The notes below the pieces were generated by a model. It ran no database searches and was not told where the DNA came from. It was given only the letters and a program-made list of their open reading frames with translations. 64,000 nucleotides of DNA from positions 1 through 64,000 of the forward strand of contig CAWGVG010000021.1 of assembly GCA_963825865.1 (NCBI GenBank). Reading direction: 5' to 3'. A program made the position numbers and the translations under genes. This document shows, in pieces, positions 46,120 through 57,893 of the stretch (position 1 is its first letter; each line of letters starts with the position of its first letter). The stretch comes from an uncultured Nitrososphaeraceae archaeon. GTDB lineage: Archaea; Thermoproteota; Nitrososphaeria; Nitrososphaerales; Nitrososphaeraceae.

Positions 46120-47504
46120 GGATTTATGATCAAATTAAGGATGACATTTACCCTTTTGTGAATTTGTACATTTTGTCTAAGGTGGCACGTATAGATACAC
46201 AACAGGTGGTCAGACTTCTTACAATCGCTAATAATGATCTACCATCAGTACAATGGAGATGTGAAAAACTCAAAAGAGAAGAAGCGTCTCTAAAAGCTGG
46301 TAATCAGAATTCTGCTATGATTTTGCAGGAATTAAGCGACCAGATATCAGATTTACGAAATACATCAGACTCCTGTCGTTTATCATTAGAAGAAGAAAAA
46401 AGACAAATGGCTGAGCTGCGCCAACAAAAGATGAACCAAGAAGCACTTGTAAATGACTTTCAAAACGGTAATGAAGAATTTATCAAAATCATAAAAACTG
46501 TTGAAGAAAAAGTGGTTAGTATTTTGTCAAATGCAAAAGTGCTTCTAAGATGTGCACTTTTGTCTATAACTGAATCAATAACAAATAACCCAGAAAGATT
46601 TAGGTTGATTTTTTACAATATGCCTTCAATAATAGATTGTTACGACAGTAATGGCCAGGATTACGCTACATCCTATATGTATGGAGGACAAATACGACAA
46701 TCACAACAGTACCCATCACCGAATTATAATACTGAAGCTAATGTAGCTATGATAGTAGGTGAAGCTGAAAAACTTTACAATAAGATAGTAAAAGATTGTA
46801 TAAGCAAAGTTGTTGCTGATTATGCTGTTAACAAATCATCATTACCATTGTTACCACCACCCAATGAAGAACAAAAGTCACCTAACATCAACTAGAAGAA
46901 CACACATTCATTCGATACCAAATGAGGACGAAGTTAATTAAAGAGTGATAATAGCGTCATTTTTATTATTGGTCTGATTAATCCCCAACTATGCAAATAT
47001 GAAAAACGTGCAAAGATGTTTAATTACAAATATATAGGTAAGGTGATTGGTAAAAGAGAGAACAAGCCTTTTCTCCCCAGATTTCTTACAGAAAAAGCTA
47101 TCAGAACAGCCTTGCAGAATCTGTACGTATCCTTTGTGAAATGTACATAAATAATAAATGAAAATGCCAGAACATTGCTTGAAAAAGACTTAAGTAATAT
47201 TAGCATGTATCTTGCAAAAGGAAACGAGCGTGTAAGGGCGTCTTTCATAGCCGCAGTCTCATGGTTAGCTCTTGGTAGCAAATTTGCCTTGGCATATGAG
47301 ATCTTCGCTGAACAGATTCTCGAATCGGCTCGTTGCGCTGCTCGCTTCATCATGAGTATTAGGAGATTTTCCTCTCCTACGGCTACACTTGATGGAATTA
47401 TCTTCGCAAGATCTGATCCATACTACATGTATATATATTTGTCAAGTTGCTAAATGTCTCGATAGGTAATATTTTTCATGTCGTTATAGCAGATACATTA
47501 CAAC

Positions 47505-48911
47505 ATGCTAAATTCAGAAGAGAGCACGAATTCATCCTCATTGTCACCTACGTCTACATCACCACCTTCACGACCACCAATAATCTCAGCAATTTCCTCA
47601 TTAAAATTTCCATTTAAGCTTACAAAGGATCAGCTTGAAGCGGTTGATGCATGGATAACAAATGGCTATAGAGGTTCGATAATATACAGTACTGGCACGG
47701 GCAAAACAGAAATAGCATTTGAATGCGCAAAAAGAGCGTGTGAAGCAATAGAACATAAAGAAGATAATAAATCGTCATTTAATATCCTCTTTCTTGTACC
47801 ACGAATTGTACTATTACAGCAGAATATAGACAGGCTAATAAGATATGGTATTGCTCAAGAGAGAATAGGAACATATTTCGGAGAGCGCAAGGAAGTACGA
47901 GAAATAACGATAAGCACGTACCAGAGTGTAATTAGCAATCTTGATCTTTTTAATAATTCTAACATGGTCATATTTGATGAAGTGCATTTAGTAAGTGACA
48001 CTGCTACAACTTTGAGAAAGGTGTTTGATTTTGTAACTGCTGCTGATCCTAAAAAACCATTATTAGGTCTAACCGCAACAATAGATGAACAAGATCCTAG
48101 ATACAACACAATACTGTCATTGCTGCCGCCAGTCAAAAAATATATGATAAGAGATGCTGTGAAAGATAAGCGATTAGCAAGGCCTGTTGTTATTCCAATA
48201 AAAGTTAATCTAACACATAATGAACAAAAGATCTATAATGAATGCTCTACTAAAATCAGAAACATCTCCGGCTATCTTAATACCTCTGACCCCAAATCAA
48301 TATCTTCTCTATTAAGGAGAGGAGGAGGACGAACAGCTGGACTAGCGAGAGCATGGTTTGCAAATGTTAAAGAGAGAAAGAATTTAATTAACTGTGCCAA
48401 AAATAAACTGTCAGCAGCAGTAGATATCATAGCAACAAAACATCGTTCTGAAAGGATTATGGTGTTTAGTGAAACTATAGAATCAATCCAAAAATTAAAG
48501 GAAATGTTACAAAGTAAAGGAATAGAATCCATGCTAATTGATAGCAAACTAAAATCAAAGGAAAGACAAAAAATACTATCAGCATGGGGAAAAGAATTTT
48601 TTCCATTACTTTCAGTACATACGCTAGAAATAGGATATGACGTACCTGAAGTTAGAGTGGGAATAATATTAGCAACGACATCTAATATGAACCAAATAGT
48701 ACAAAGAATAGGTAGAACAATAAGAAAGACTGAAGCGAAAGATACAGCATTGATATACACTATATATCTATCAGAGACTCGTGATGCCAGCACTCTGAAG
48801 ATGGTAAGACAAGCAACAGATGTAGGAGTCGAAAATAAGGATAAGAAAAAGCCAAGAGACAACAGAAGCTTATCCTCTAATAACGATAATCTGGATAGAT
48901 ATATCATTTAA
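47505..48911 (+). CDS. Intact XPB/Rad25-like SF2 helicase carried by the element; close homologue of the interrupted target gene
   Basis: LTKDQ, STGTGKT, DEVH, GLTAT, GYDVPE, QRIGR; aligns end to end with the two halves at 49183-50158 and 30633-31150. Confidence 0.9.
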   Translation: MLNSEESTNSSSLSPTSTSPPSRPPIISAISSLKFPFKLTKDQLEAVDAWITNGYRGSIIYSTGTGKTEIAFECAKRACEAIEHKEDNKSSFNILFLVPRIVLLQQNIDRLIRYGIAQERIGTYFGERKEVREITISTYQSVISNLDLFNNSNMVIFDEVHLVSDTATTLRKVFDFVTAADPKKPLLGLTATIDEQDPRYNTILSLLPPVKKYMIRDAVKDKRLARPVVIPIKVNLTHNEQKIYNECSTKIRNISGYLNTSDPKSISSLLRRGGGRTAGLARAWFANVKERKNLINCAKNKLSAAVDIIATKHRSERIMVFSETIESIQKLKEMLQSKGIESMLIDSKLKSKERQKILSAWGKEFFPLLSVHTLEIGYDVPEVRVGIILATTSNMNQIVQRIGRTIRKTEAKDTALIYTIYLSETRDASTLKMVRQATDVGVENKDKKKPRDNRSLSSNNDNLDRYII

Positions 48912-48968
48912 TTAGTTACATTGATATGGCTTCCATGTATACGAGAAACTATAGGCATATGATGTGAT

Positions 48969-49100
48969 ATGATGATATCCATATTACTGATCCTTGTGCT
49001 GATACTGGGTGGGCTTGGAGGAATAGCAGGCCATAGCAGATCTGGTATTACAGATGGTGGCATGGGTTACAACGTGACACGCAGCACTTATTGTATGTAA
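48969..49100 (+). CDS. Small putative membrane/secreted peptide (43 aa)
   Basis: MMISILLILVLILGGLGGIAGHSRSGITDGGMGYNVTRSTYCM*. Confidence 0.3.
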   Translation: MMISILLILVLILGGLGGIAGHSRSGITDGGMGYNVTRSTYCM

Positions 49101-49174
49101 GATGGTTAATCTTATCATTGATACAGCAGTATCATTTATTGATTAAATATAGTATTGATAGCAAGTTATTTTTC

Positions 49175-50158
49175 TCAACAGTCTATTGCTGCTAATAGTT
49201 TATTTTCAGCACAATTGATCAAATTCTTTCTATTTTTAACATTTGCAAACCATGCTCTAACTAATCCAGCTGTATGTCCTCCTTTTCTTAATAGAGAAGA
49301 TAGTGATTTGGGATCAGAGGTATTAAGGAATTCAGAAATGTTTCTGATTTTAGCAGAGCATTCATCATAGATTTTTTTCTCATTATGTGTCAGATTAACT
49401 TTTATTGGAATAACAACAGGCTGTGCTAATCTTTTATCTTTCACAGCATCTTTTATCATATATTTTTTGACTGGCGGCAGCAATGACAGTATTGTATTGT
49501 ATTTAGGATCTTGTTCATCTATTGTTGCGGTTAGGCCTAATAATAATGGCTTCTTTTGGCGATGCGTTGTTGCTGCTATTACAGCATCAAATATTTTTCT
49601 CAAAGTTGTAGCGGTATCGCTTATTAAATGTACCTCGTCGAATACTATCATGTTAGAATGATAAATGAGATTAAGGTCGTTAATTACACTCTGGTACGTG
49701 CTTATTGTTATTTCACGCATTTCTTTGCGCTCTCCAAAATATGCTCCTATACGATATTGGGAAATGCCATATTTTATTAGCCTGTTAATATTCTGCTCTA
49801 CTAGAATAATGCGCGGTACTAGAAAGAGTATATTGAAAGAGTTGTTGTTGATGGCATCATCATTACTATTATGATGGAATAAAATATTATTGTCTTTTGG
49901 ATGTACTATTGCTTCAGCCGACGCTCTTTTTGCACATTCAAATGCTATTTCTGTTTTGCCCGTGCCAGTACTATATATTATCGAACCTTTATAGCCATTT
50001 GATACCCAGGCATCAACCGCTTCAAGCTGATCCTTTGTAAGTTTAAATGGAAATTTAAGTGAGGAAATAGCTGATGATGAGGATGATACTATTGACGTAG
50101 ATTCTTCTGGTGCTGATGGTGTCGCTGATTTTTCTGCAGTTGTTTTTGAATTCAGCAT
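49175..50158 (-). pseudogene. 5' half of the interrupted XPB/Rad25-like helicase gene
   Basis: Motifs I-III present; similarity to the intact copy ends at ...NCAENKLLAA, exactly at the repeat. Confidence 0.88.
49183..49202 (+). repeat. Right attachment site (direct repeat)
   Basis: CTATTGCTGCTAATAGTTTA; contains the dyad CTATT-GCTGCT-AATAG. Confidence 0.85.
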
Positions 50159-50574
50159 ATTGTAATACACTAAACACCATAGACATGTCCAATTGAAAAA
50201 TGTTGTCTATAAAAATACATAATCTCTAACAATTACACAATCATTCAATGCATTCGCTTAACTATGTAATTTTTTCAATAACTTTGCGTTTAATGGAGAC
50301 TAGACGCTATTGTATATATTCTAAGCCCCGATATTTAGAGTTTCTTTATCAATTCGTCTTTCTTTAGGCGGTCGTTCTTCTATGAGAGCACTCTTTTCAA
50401 TATGCCTAAATGTATTAGTAGCAATTAACTCAACTCTGACAACTTGTCCATTAACTAAAGTCTATGTTTTCTGAAAATACAACTATTGCTAAATATCAAA
50501 GGTTCTTACATATTAGTATATTTGTAATTAAACATCTTTGCACGTTTTTCATATTTGCATTACATAGTTGTTGA

Positions 50575-50778
50575 TTAATCAGACACTTTCTTGTTGTTAT
50601 CATTATTCTTCTTCTTTGCAATTTTTTTAATAGTACCAAATAGCAAAGTGTAGCCACATTTAACACATTCTTCGGAACTGCAGAACTGCCCGTTATGAAT
50701 GGATGTTTTCTTGAAAAGTTCGCCACCACATTCCAAGCAAAAATGCTGCAAATTCTGGTTAAGCATGAGGTTTGTCAA
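50575..50778 (-). CDS. Small Zn-ribbon protein
   Basis: CLECGG...CVKCGY. Confidence 0.45.
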   Translation of the reverse strand: MTNLMLNQNLQHFCLECGGELFKKTSIHNGQFCSSEECVKCGYTLLFGTIKKIAKKKNNDNNKKVSD

Positions 50779-51131
50779 TAGTGTATAGTACCTAATAAAT
50801 CACCTAACTGAATCATTATCTTAAATCATTGATATGTCTCAAATATACGTTTTAGTAATAAAAACAAAGATCAGATACTATTTAACTGAATTCCTTGTTT
50901 TGTCTCTTTCTTACTTTATTTCCGAAAAAAATTGTTGACTTTTTTCGTACAAAGCAAAAATAGGATGCAATATCATGAGATAAAAATAAGCTAATGCAGA
51001 ATTCCGTTAATTGGATGTCTGTGAATACTCTTTATGGGCTTTAATCGGACTCAATGGGCATTAGCAAATATCATCATTCAAATGAATTTATTATATATAT
51101 ACATATATAGACAATCAAGGTATTTTCTACC

Positions 51132-51398
51132 TTAGAGTTTCGAGAATTTCATATCAAGTCCACGTTTATCTCCAATTGATACTGTATATCGCCCATCTTT
51201 AGCTAAATGCATTAGAGAAACGCTTTTGTCCTTACACATTGGACATATATGAATGGTAGTTTTCTTATCCTCAACAACATATTCGTGTTCTTTTATTGAA
51301 TTATGAAAAATAGTTGCACACCAAAAACATGATTCATAAAGGGCAAATTCGTGTTGACATTCCTGTAATGGTCTTACGTTGACGTTCACTGAATACAT
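51132..51398 (-). CDS. Small Zn-ribbon protein
   Basis: ESCFWCAT...ICPMCKD. Confidence 0.5.
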   Translation of the reverse strand: MYSVNVNVRPLQECQHEFALYESCFWCATIFHNSIKEHEYVVEDKKTTIHICPMCKDKSVSLMHLAKDGRYTVSIGDKRGLDMKFSKL

Positions 51399-51699
51399 AC
51401 GGCACGTTCATTCTACTTCTATTAAACAATTTGCAAAATCTACAGTGATATCTAAAAGATTAATAGTCCTAATGGGGTGATTTATATGTGTAACTTTTTT
51501 GCAAATTCAAGGCTGCGGGTAAACTATCAAGACTTTGATTGTTATCTTACTAATAACAAATAACTTTTAGAACGAGGTATAGTAATTTCTCTAAATTGTG
51601 GAGGACAATTAGATTGAATTTAAAAAAATAAAAGTCATTTAGAGGTCATGAAGCAGCAGCTCATGATATCTAATTAGTCATTATTGTTGTTATTACTAG

Positions 51700-52026
51700 T
51701 ACTATTAACTTCTGTGACGCATTATTTATGTTGCATCAGTAGCATCCTAACCAGTTTTATTGGTCATATTACCTGTTGCATTGATAATATTTTTGGTTGC
51801 TGTATTTGTTGCAGTAGTATTTTTAGCGGCATTAAGGACAGCAGTTATACCAGTTTGACTTGCTGCTTTGCTTGTTGTATTTGTTGTATTAGTTTTATCG
51901 GCCCCTTGTGCTAGCGCTTTTTGCGTTAATTGGTCACCAGAGATCAATAGCGATGCTACAAGTATGGCTGAAATGGCAATTCCAGATAGGCAGCAATACA
52001 CAATTTGTCTGTTGTTTTCTATTCAT
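51700..52026 (-). CDS. Small secreted Thr/Asn/Ala-rich protein
   Basis: Hydrophobic leader IAISAILVASLLI ...ALAQ followed by a low-complexity NxT-rich tail. Confidence 0.5.
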
Positions 52027-52553
52027 TATAGAAAAGACTTCATATGAAATTTATTAATTTTTCTAATGTCTATTCTAACACTACATTCGGTCTTGCATAT
52101 TCAGAATTATCATATCACATATAGAATATAACAAATAATACAGATATAAATATAGATATATATTCAGATATTACATGATAAGAACCAGTCAATGTATTTG
52201 GTTGATAAAGTTCTCCAAATTGTTGCCGACAATATGATAAATTTCGTTATTGTTTCGATACATATTCAATCTAGATTTTCACCAGGGTTCCTTACATTGA
52301 CATTGAGGGTAAAATCTTAAATTTCAGAAGTTATTGGATAAAGAAATCAAATTTTATTTTGCTGATAAAATATTGGCTACTAAGGATTATTTTGTTAGTA
52401 TTTGAATAAGTGACATAATTGAATGCAATTCTATTTAACATTAGATCGTAAAACAAGACAATAATTTATAAATAAAAAATAAATATGGATGGGACGTCTG
52501 TTTGGTTTTCTGTTGTTATTATCCTATGCACTTATTATGCAAATGAGTATTTG

Positions 52554-53373
52554 TTATGTTCCCTTGCACATTCCACTAGGAGTAGCAGTTTGACAATTGT
52601 TGCCTGAGAAGTCATTGTGATTAATGTTTGTAGGCAATCCGTTAGCATTGTTGATGTCTTGAACATTTTTCAGCGCTGTGTTGGAGTTTATGGAGTTATC
52701 GTGGCTCTGGGGATCTATAAATATACCATTGGTCGCTCCTTGTATGATATTCTGTAGCTATATTAGATCCGAAACTATTTACCAGTGCAGCTCCAGCCAA
52801 TGCGTTACCGGTTAGCAGGTTAGACTCTACATCAATACCACTGGCAGAATGAGCTGCTATTGCAATTGTATTTCTCTTCATTATATTTTCTGAAAGTGTT
52901 GTATCACGGGTACCAGTCATAAACATCGCAATTTGGTTGTCCTCAGCGATTAGTGTTGATACTTTTACGTGGTGAGCTCCAGTCATCAAAACTCCAGCTT
53001 GGAAGTTCCTTAAGGCTCCCGGTCCCACTATTTCCACATCGTCTGTAGCAGGTATCATTATCCCTACTTTTGAACTGTCTTTTCCAGGGCCACCTATAGA
53101 ATAACCATTTAGGTTTATCCTTGTATGGTCAGCACCTACAATTAACCCATCTCCTCCACAGTTGAGGTTGGATGTTAACGTGACATTTCCTGCCACAACC
53201 TGTCCGCATGCGGGGTTTGTGGTTGTGGGTGTTGTGGTCGTAGGATCTGTGGAAGCAGTATTTGTGAATTGTTGTGGTACAGCCATTACAAGCGTGGGTT
53301 GCATTGTTAATGCACCTAGTGCAGCGAATGAGACTATCGTCGCTACCATGTATGACATTCTAGTTCGATTCAT
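52554..53373 (-). CDS. Secreted right-handed parallel beta-helix (NosD-like) protein, indel near 52750
   Basis: Signal peptide, CGQVV..NVTLT.NLNC.GDGL, NLNGYSI.GPG, beta-helix repeats; ends NNCQTATPSGMC. Confidence 0.75.
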
Positions 53374-54087
53374 TCAGAGAACGCTCGGAGATAAACTATT
53401 TATGTGAAACCCTATTTTGTACTAAACTTCATCTTTGTGTCTATTAGATATAACTATGTATTTGCATTGTTGCGCTTAACTATGTATTAGTATAAGTAAC
53501 ACATCTACTAAAAACTGTATTCAGCTTTATCTCTTATAACTAATTATACGTTACTATTAGCATATAATTCCGAATGATAAGCATTATTATCAACAAACAT
53601 TAACTATAATGATAATTGCCATTTAGATATATGTGTGTGTACAATAGCATTATCGGAAAAAATCACTTCAGTTATAACAAATGGGGAATTAGTTTAATCC
53701 ATGACTTTAGTTCTGATGGTTTTTCAATAATTTCGAATAAGTATCCACTACAAGCATAAATTAAAGTACTGAAATAGTATAAAGAATCCTTATGCAATCA
53801 TGATTCTTAATTTGTCCATTTAATGCTACTATTTTTAACGTGTGTGCCAATTCAAGAATCATGACCATTGTGTTAATTAAATAGGTAACAATTAAATCAT
53901 AAAGATCATTGATAATATTATAAACACAAAGCATTCAACCATTTATAGATTAAGACACAACAGTTTTTAAATGTCAATTAATGAAGTTTTCCATCTCAAC
54001 TATAAAAAGTAAAATCCCAATATTGATAGATAGGTCAGCAAAAAAGACATTTGATTATAATGCCAAGCATTTTATTATCTAAATTTT

Positions 54088-55092
54088 TGCTCTGTTGCAT
54101 AATTCATTAGGATTTTAGGTTATGCAAACCGTTAGTGAGGTTATTTCGATTGAACATGTTATACAGAGTCTGCCTTTAGGAGGATCTCTTTTACCATGTG
54201 AGGAAACTTTCTAGCTTGTTACATGTTCACCAAATGTTCTTTTAATGGAAGAGAATGCTGTTTCTGCTATCCACCTGTACCCATAGCTCACGCTACGCTT
54301 CCATTTTTTGAGGTTTGCTTGTTGTCTTACTACAGACATATTCCTAGCATAACAGTTAGTTGACTTGACCTTGGAATTACTTCTTGTCTTTATACCAGGC
54401 TTAATGTGGTTCTTTGATAGGTATCTAAAATTCTTATTGCTGTCGTACATACCATCTGCTAATATACCCTTCACATGATTATTATTTTCAGAAGCATTGT
54501 CTACTAACTTCTTTAGCATCTTACCATCATGTACCTCTTCACTTGTTACCTCCAGAGATACAATTCTTTTCTTCTCGATATCAACTGCTATGTGTATCTT
54601 TAGATATCCTTTTCTGACATGCCATTTGTGGTGCATCCATTCCCCTCGATTAGCTACCTTAATGCCGGTGCTGTCTAAAGCAATGACAATATCATTTCCT
54701 AATTTTTCATCGATTTTAATCTCTAGCCTGTTTATACGTCTATTAATGGTACTATAATGTGGTGTGTTTGATACTTCTTTACTTGCATGAGCTATGACTA
54801 CACCCTGTGTTTGTCTATATGGTAGATGGAAATATGCTCTCATGTAACCTAGAAGCTGAATAAATGAATTTGGGTAGCAGTAGGGCTCACCAACCTTACC
54901 AAGGTTCATTTGACATAATTCATGATCCCATCCATCAAGTACATCAAAATCCAAGAGTACTTGACCACGCCTAACTAGTGATTCATTATAGCAAGGCCAG
55001 TCAACCATACCAGAATAATTAATACTAGCAAGTGAAATGGTGAGTGGTCAAATAAGTATCACTTACAAGATAATTAATCATGCAACAAAGCA
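54088..55092 (-). mobile_element. IS5 family insertion sequence, copy 2 (near-identical to copy 1)
   Basis: Same TIRs as copy 1; 8-bp TSD TAAATTTT (54080-54087 and 55093-55100). Confidence 0.92.
54132..55008 (-). CDS. IS5 family transposase (indels near the 3' end)
   Basis: Nearly identical to 45166-46035. Confidence 0.88.
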
Positions 55093-55191
55093 TAAATTTT
55101 CATTTTATTACCATACAATTCAATGATACATATACATATTAATGCTTGACGCAACAGGAATTATAAGGAAAAAGGATGGATTATTGATCGC

Positions 55192-56224
55192 ATGAAGATT
55201 GCCATTGCTGGAGCAGGTGTGGCTGGCAGTTATCTTGGTCATTTACTTCAAAAACGTGGCCATGAAGTAGAGATATTTGAATCTTCAAAGAAAGAAAACC
55301 ACTTGGCAGTATGTGCATGGGGAGCATCAAGACATATGCTTTCAAAGTTTTCTGAGCAGGCTGACCTCAATTTTGATGATTACATTTTCCATGTAGGTAA
55401 AATTCTTAGAATGGATCTTCCAAATAACATTAGAGAATACCTTGATCTTAAAGGGTTAGTTACTTATGATAAACATAGATGGGAACATGATCTATTAGAA
55501 GGTGTCAAGATCACATATGGTGTTAAATGTACTCTGAAAACTTTTCCGTTAAATGAGTATAATTATGTAATCGATTGTACTGGACTTCATCGGTACATTA
55601 CTTCCAAAATCAAAAGAGGATTTTATAATACCTGCATATGAATACCTCGTTGAAAACATTCAAGGCGTCGAGGAATTTTATGTGATAGGTTACAAGGGCG
55701 CACGAGGCTACTTTTGGTATTTCCCTCTTGACAAGGGGATGGGATATGTAGGTGCTGGCGATATCGACAAGAAATATTATGGTGTCGAGGAATTTTTCAA
55801 ACAGCATTCTCAAGCTAGAATTGTAAAGAAGATAGGTAGACCCATACGCCTTGCTCCTCCCAAACGAATGGAGCCATTTAATCATGAAAATATAATAGGA
55901 GTCGGCGAATCTATTGGATGTGTTTTCCCCATGTTAGGTGAAGGTATAATTCCTTCGCTATTATGTTGCAACATTTTCCTAGAAGTATTTGACAAAGATA
56001 ATAACAGATTTGATTTCAAACAATACAGAAGAAAAGTGCTCGATAGATTTGAATACTATGACGATGTTTACAGAATTGTGAGACTAAAGATGGATGGTAA
56101 ATTGAGTATCATCAGACACATTAATTTGTTGATGAGTATGTATATGAATATGAAGAAGGAAGAACAGCGTTTTGGCTTTGAAATCAGTTTTGATAAAATG
56201 ACAAGGCTTGTTAATGCGTTGTAG
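55192..56224 (+). CDS. FAD-dependent oxidoreductase, geranylgeranyl reductase-like (indel near 55600)
   Basis: IAIAGAGVAG Rossmann motif, VIDCTG, GYFWYFP, GVGESIG.V.P..GEGI. Confidence 0.85.
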
Positions 56225-56533
56225 TAGTAGTTATCTACCAAGTAATCTAATTTTTCAGAATCATTATTTTTATTACCATCTTCATAGTTGCCAGTGATGG
56301 TTTTTGGAGTAATTATTTCTGCTATGAGATCTGGCAGTGAAAAAACTATTATCATAAAACACATATTAGCGAACTGTACATTATACGAGTAACAGAAAGT
56401 CAATATCGGAGTTGATGACAGCTTTTAATGATATAACATTAATAGCGAAGGTAATTTTTTATTCAACTAGCGACAGAAGAATTTTTGACAATAATGAAAG
56501 GAAACAATAATAATTTAATCAGTATTCAGATTC

Positions 56534-57238
56534 TTAACAGTCCATTCGATCTACTTGCGGATGATACGGAGTGACCCCTGAATCGACAACCTTCCATTGG
56601 TCGGCTGCCAATATAGCATTAATATCGCATTTAGATATAGATCCTGTTTTGTTATCTACTATTGTAGACATGAGGTCACCATTGAAGTTTGTATGTCCAA
56701 GGCCAAGAGCATGACCTATTTCATGCTGTGTCAATTGCTTTATTTTATTTGAGTCGAATGTATCGCCAAAGGCGCTCCTCGCTATGGTGATCAGTACACT
56801 ACTTATGAAGCCATTTTCATCAAGGTTATTTGTAGATTGTGCTGCTGTTACAGCATTTGTAACCGTATGACCCGCTGCTGTCACTCCATGGTCAATCTTA
56901 TGCGCTTCTGGATTGAAGTTTACTTCTATGTCTGCGTTAATGTTTCCTGAAACTTCTGTAATTTCTATACTTTTGACTTTTGCATTCCATTCATTTATTG
57001 CATTTCGAACAGCCTTTTGCGTTAGTGCATCACCACCAATTATCTTATAAGTCAATGCTCCATCTGCAAGCTTATTACCCCAACTACAACAGATTTGTAT
57101 AGAATGTTGCTGTTGTTTAATATTGTCTGATAATGGAGATGCTTTTGTCATTTGAAAAATACATGGTGTTTCTATAACAGCTAAAATTAATACTATCACT
57201 ATTCCTTTTGATAACCCAAAGAATAATGTCTTTTGCAA
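56534..57238 (-). CDS. Secreted matrixin/M10-like zinc metalloprotease
   Basis: Signal peptide, HEIGHALGLGH, Met-turn DLM. Confidence 0.88.
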   Translation of the reverse strand: MQKTLFFGLSKGIVIVLILAVIETPCIFQMTKASPLSDNIKQQQHSIQICCSWGNKLADGALTYKIIGGDALTQKAVRNAINEWNAKVKSIEITEVSGNINADIEVNFNPEAHKIDHGVTAAGHTVTNAVTAAQSTNNLDENGFISSVLITIARSAFGDTFDSNKIKQLTQHEIGHALGLGHTNFNGDLMSTIVDNKTGSISKCDINAILAADQWKVVDSGVTPYHPQVDRMDC

Positions 57239-57877
57239 TGGGAAATGTCTCTTGAATGACTTAATACGCGTTCTTTAGAATATCTAAATTTCTTTCCTTT
57301 TAAAAAAACTATAATACTCAAATTCTTTATTTTTATTATACTATATGTTGCTAGTAGTTGATAACTTTTTAAAACGTTGCTGATAAATTTTACGAATATG
57401 AAATAGAGTTGCTGATAATTTCTGTATGAATATAAGTCAATACTTGACATGATTAACGTACACTCAAATACTTCTGTAATTTTGAGTGATAATTTGTTAT
57501 GCTGAAAAGTTAGGAAATTTTGAGATTATAATTGCCTTTACTGTTTATCGATAATTACTTTAGAAGGATTTTTACCAATCGTAGCCCATAGTAGAAGGGA
57601 GTCAGAAGGTCATCATAGTAGCAGCAGATCAGTGTTTAATCCTTTAATTTTTCCATTTGGAAGAGCTCATTATTTTGTTTATTTGTTTTATCAGATCTTC
57701 ATTCCCTATTGGTTTTCTAATAAAGCAATTTTTTATTGGACTATAACACGATACTGTCTATCGCATCCATTTATTTATAACAGTAAATATCAATTAATAG
57801 AGATTTGTTATATATACTTGAAAATATTTTACCTTCGGAGCTTAAAAATTGCGTTAGAGTCGGTAAGCAAAATGCTT

Positions 57878-57893
57878 GGAGTGGGATTTGAAC
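57878..57893 (-). repeat. 16-bp copy of the tRNA-Ser 3' end (relic att site)
   Basis: GGAGTGGGATTTGAAC is identical to 59192-59207. Confidence 0.55.

Larger units (their letters stand above)
44799..46895 (+). pseudogene. HTH/coiled-coil protein interrupted by IS5
   Basis: MVLTRQQRERLVLDLYSQGKNTREIAEEARMSFSAIGAIL HTH; removing the IS and one TSD restores ...LDSFCRIYDQIKDDI.... Confidence 0.75.
31130..49202. mobile_element. ~18.1 kb integrative element (tyrosine integrase, replication module, replacement helicase) inserted in a helicase gene
   Basis: Terminal direct repeats, integrase at the left end, and a split host gene that re-joins in frame across the repeats. Confidence 0.88.

Noticed and set aside
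47024-47453. Overlapping ORFs 47024-47353 (-) and 47175-47453 (+) upstream of the intact helicase
   Set aside because: No recognisable motif in any frame; cannot decide which, if either, is coding.
48272-48907. Long antisense ORFs (also 4571-5089, 45395-45784, 18226-19422 and others)
   Set aside because: Shadow frames opposite well-supported genes.
31130-49202. Casposon, pipolin or provirus classification
   Set aside because: No Cas1 or terminal inverted repeats; the PolB has conventional motifs and a separate primase domain; no capsid, portal or terminase inside the repeats.
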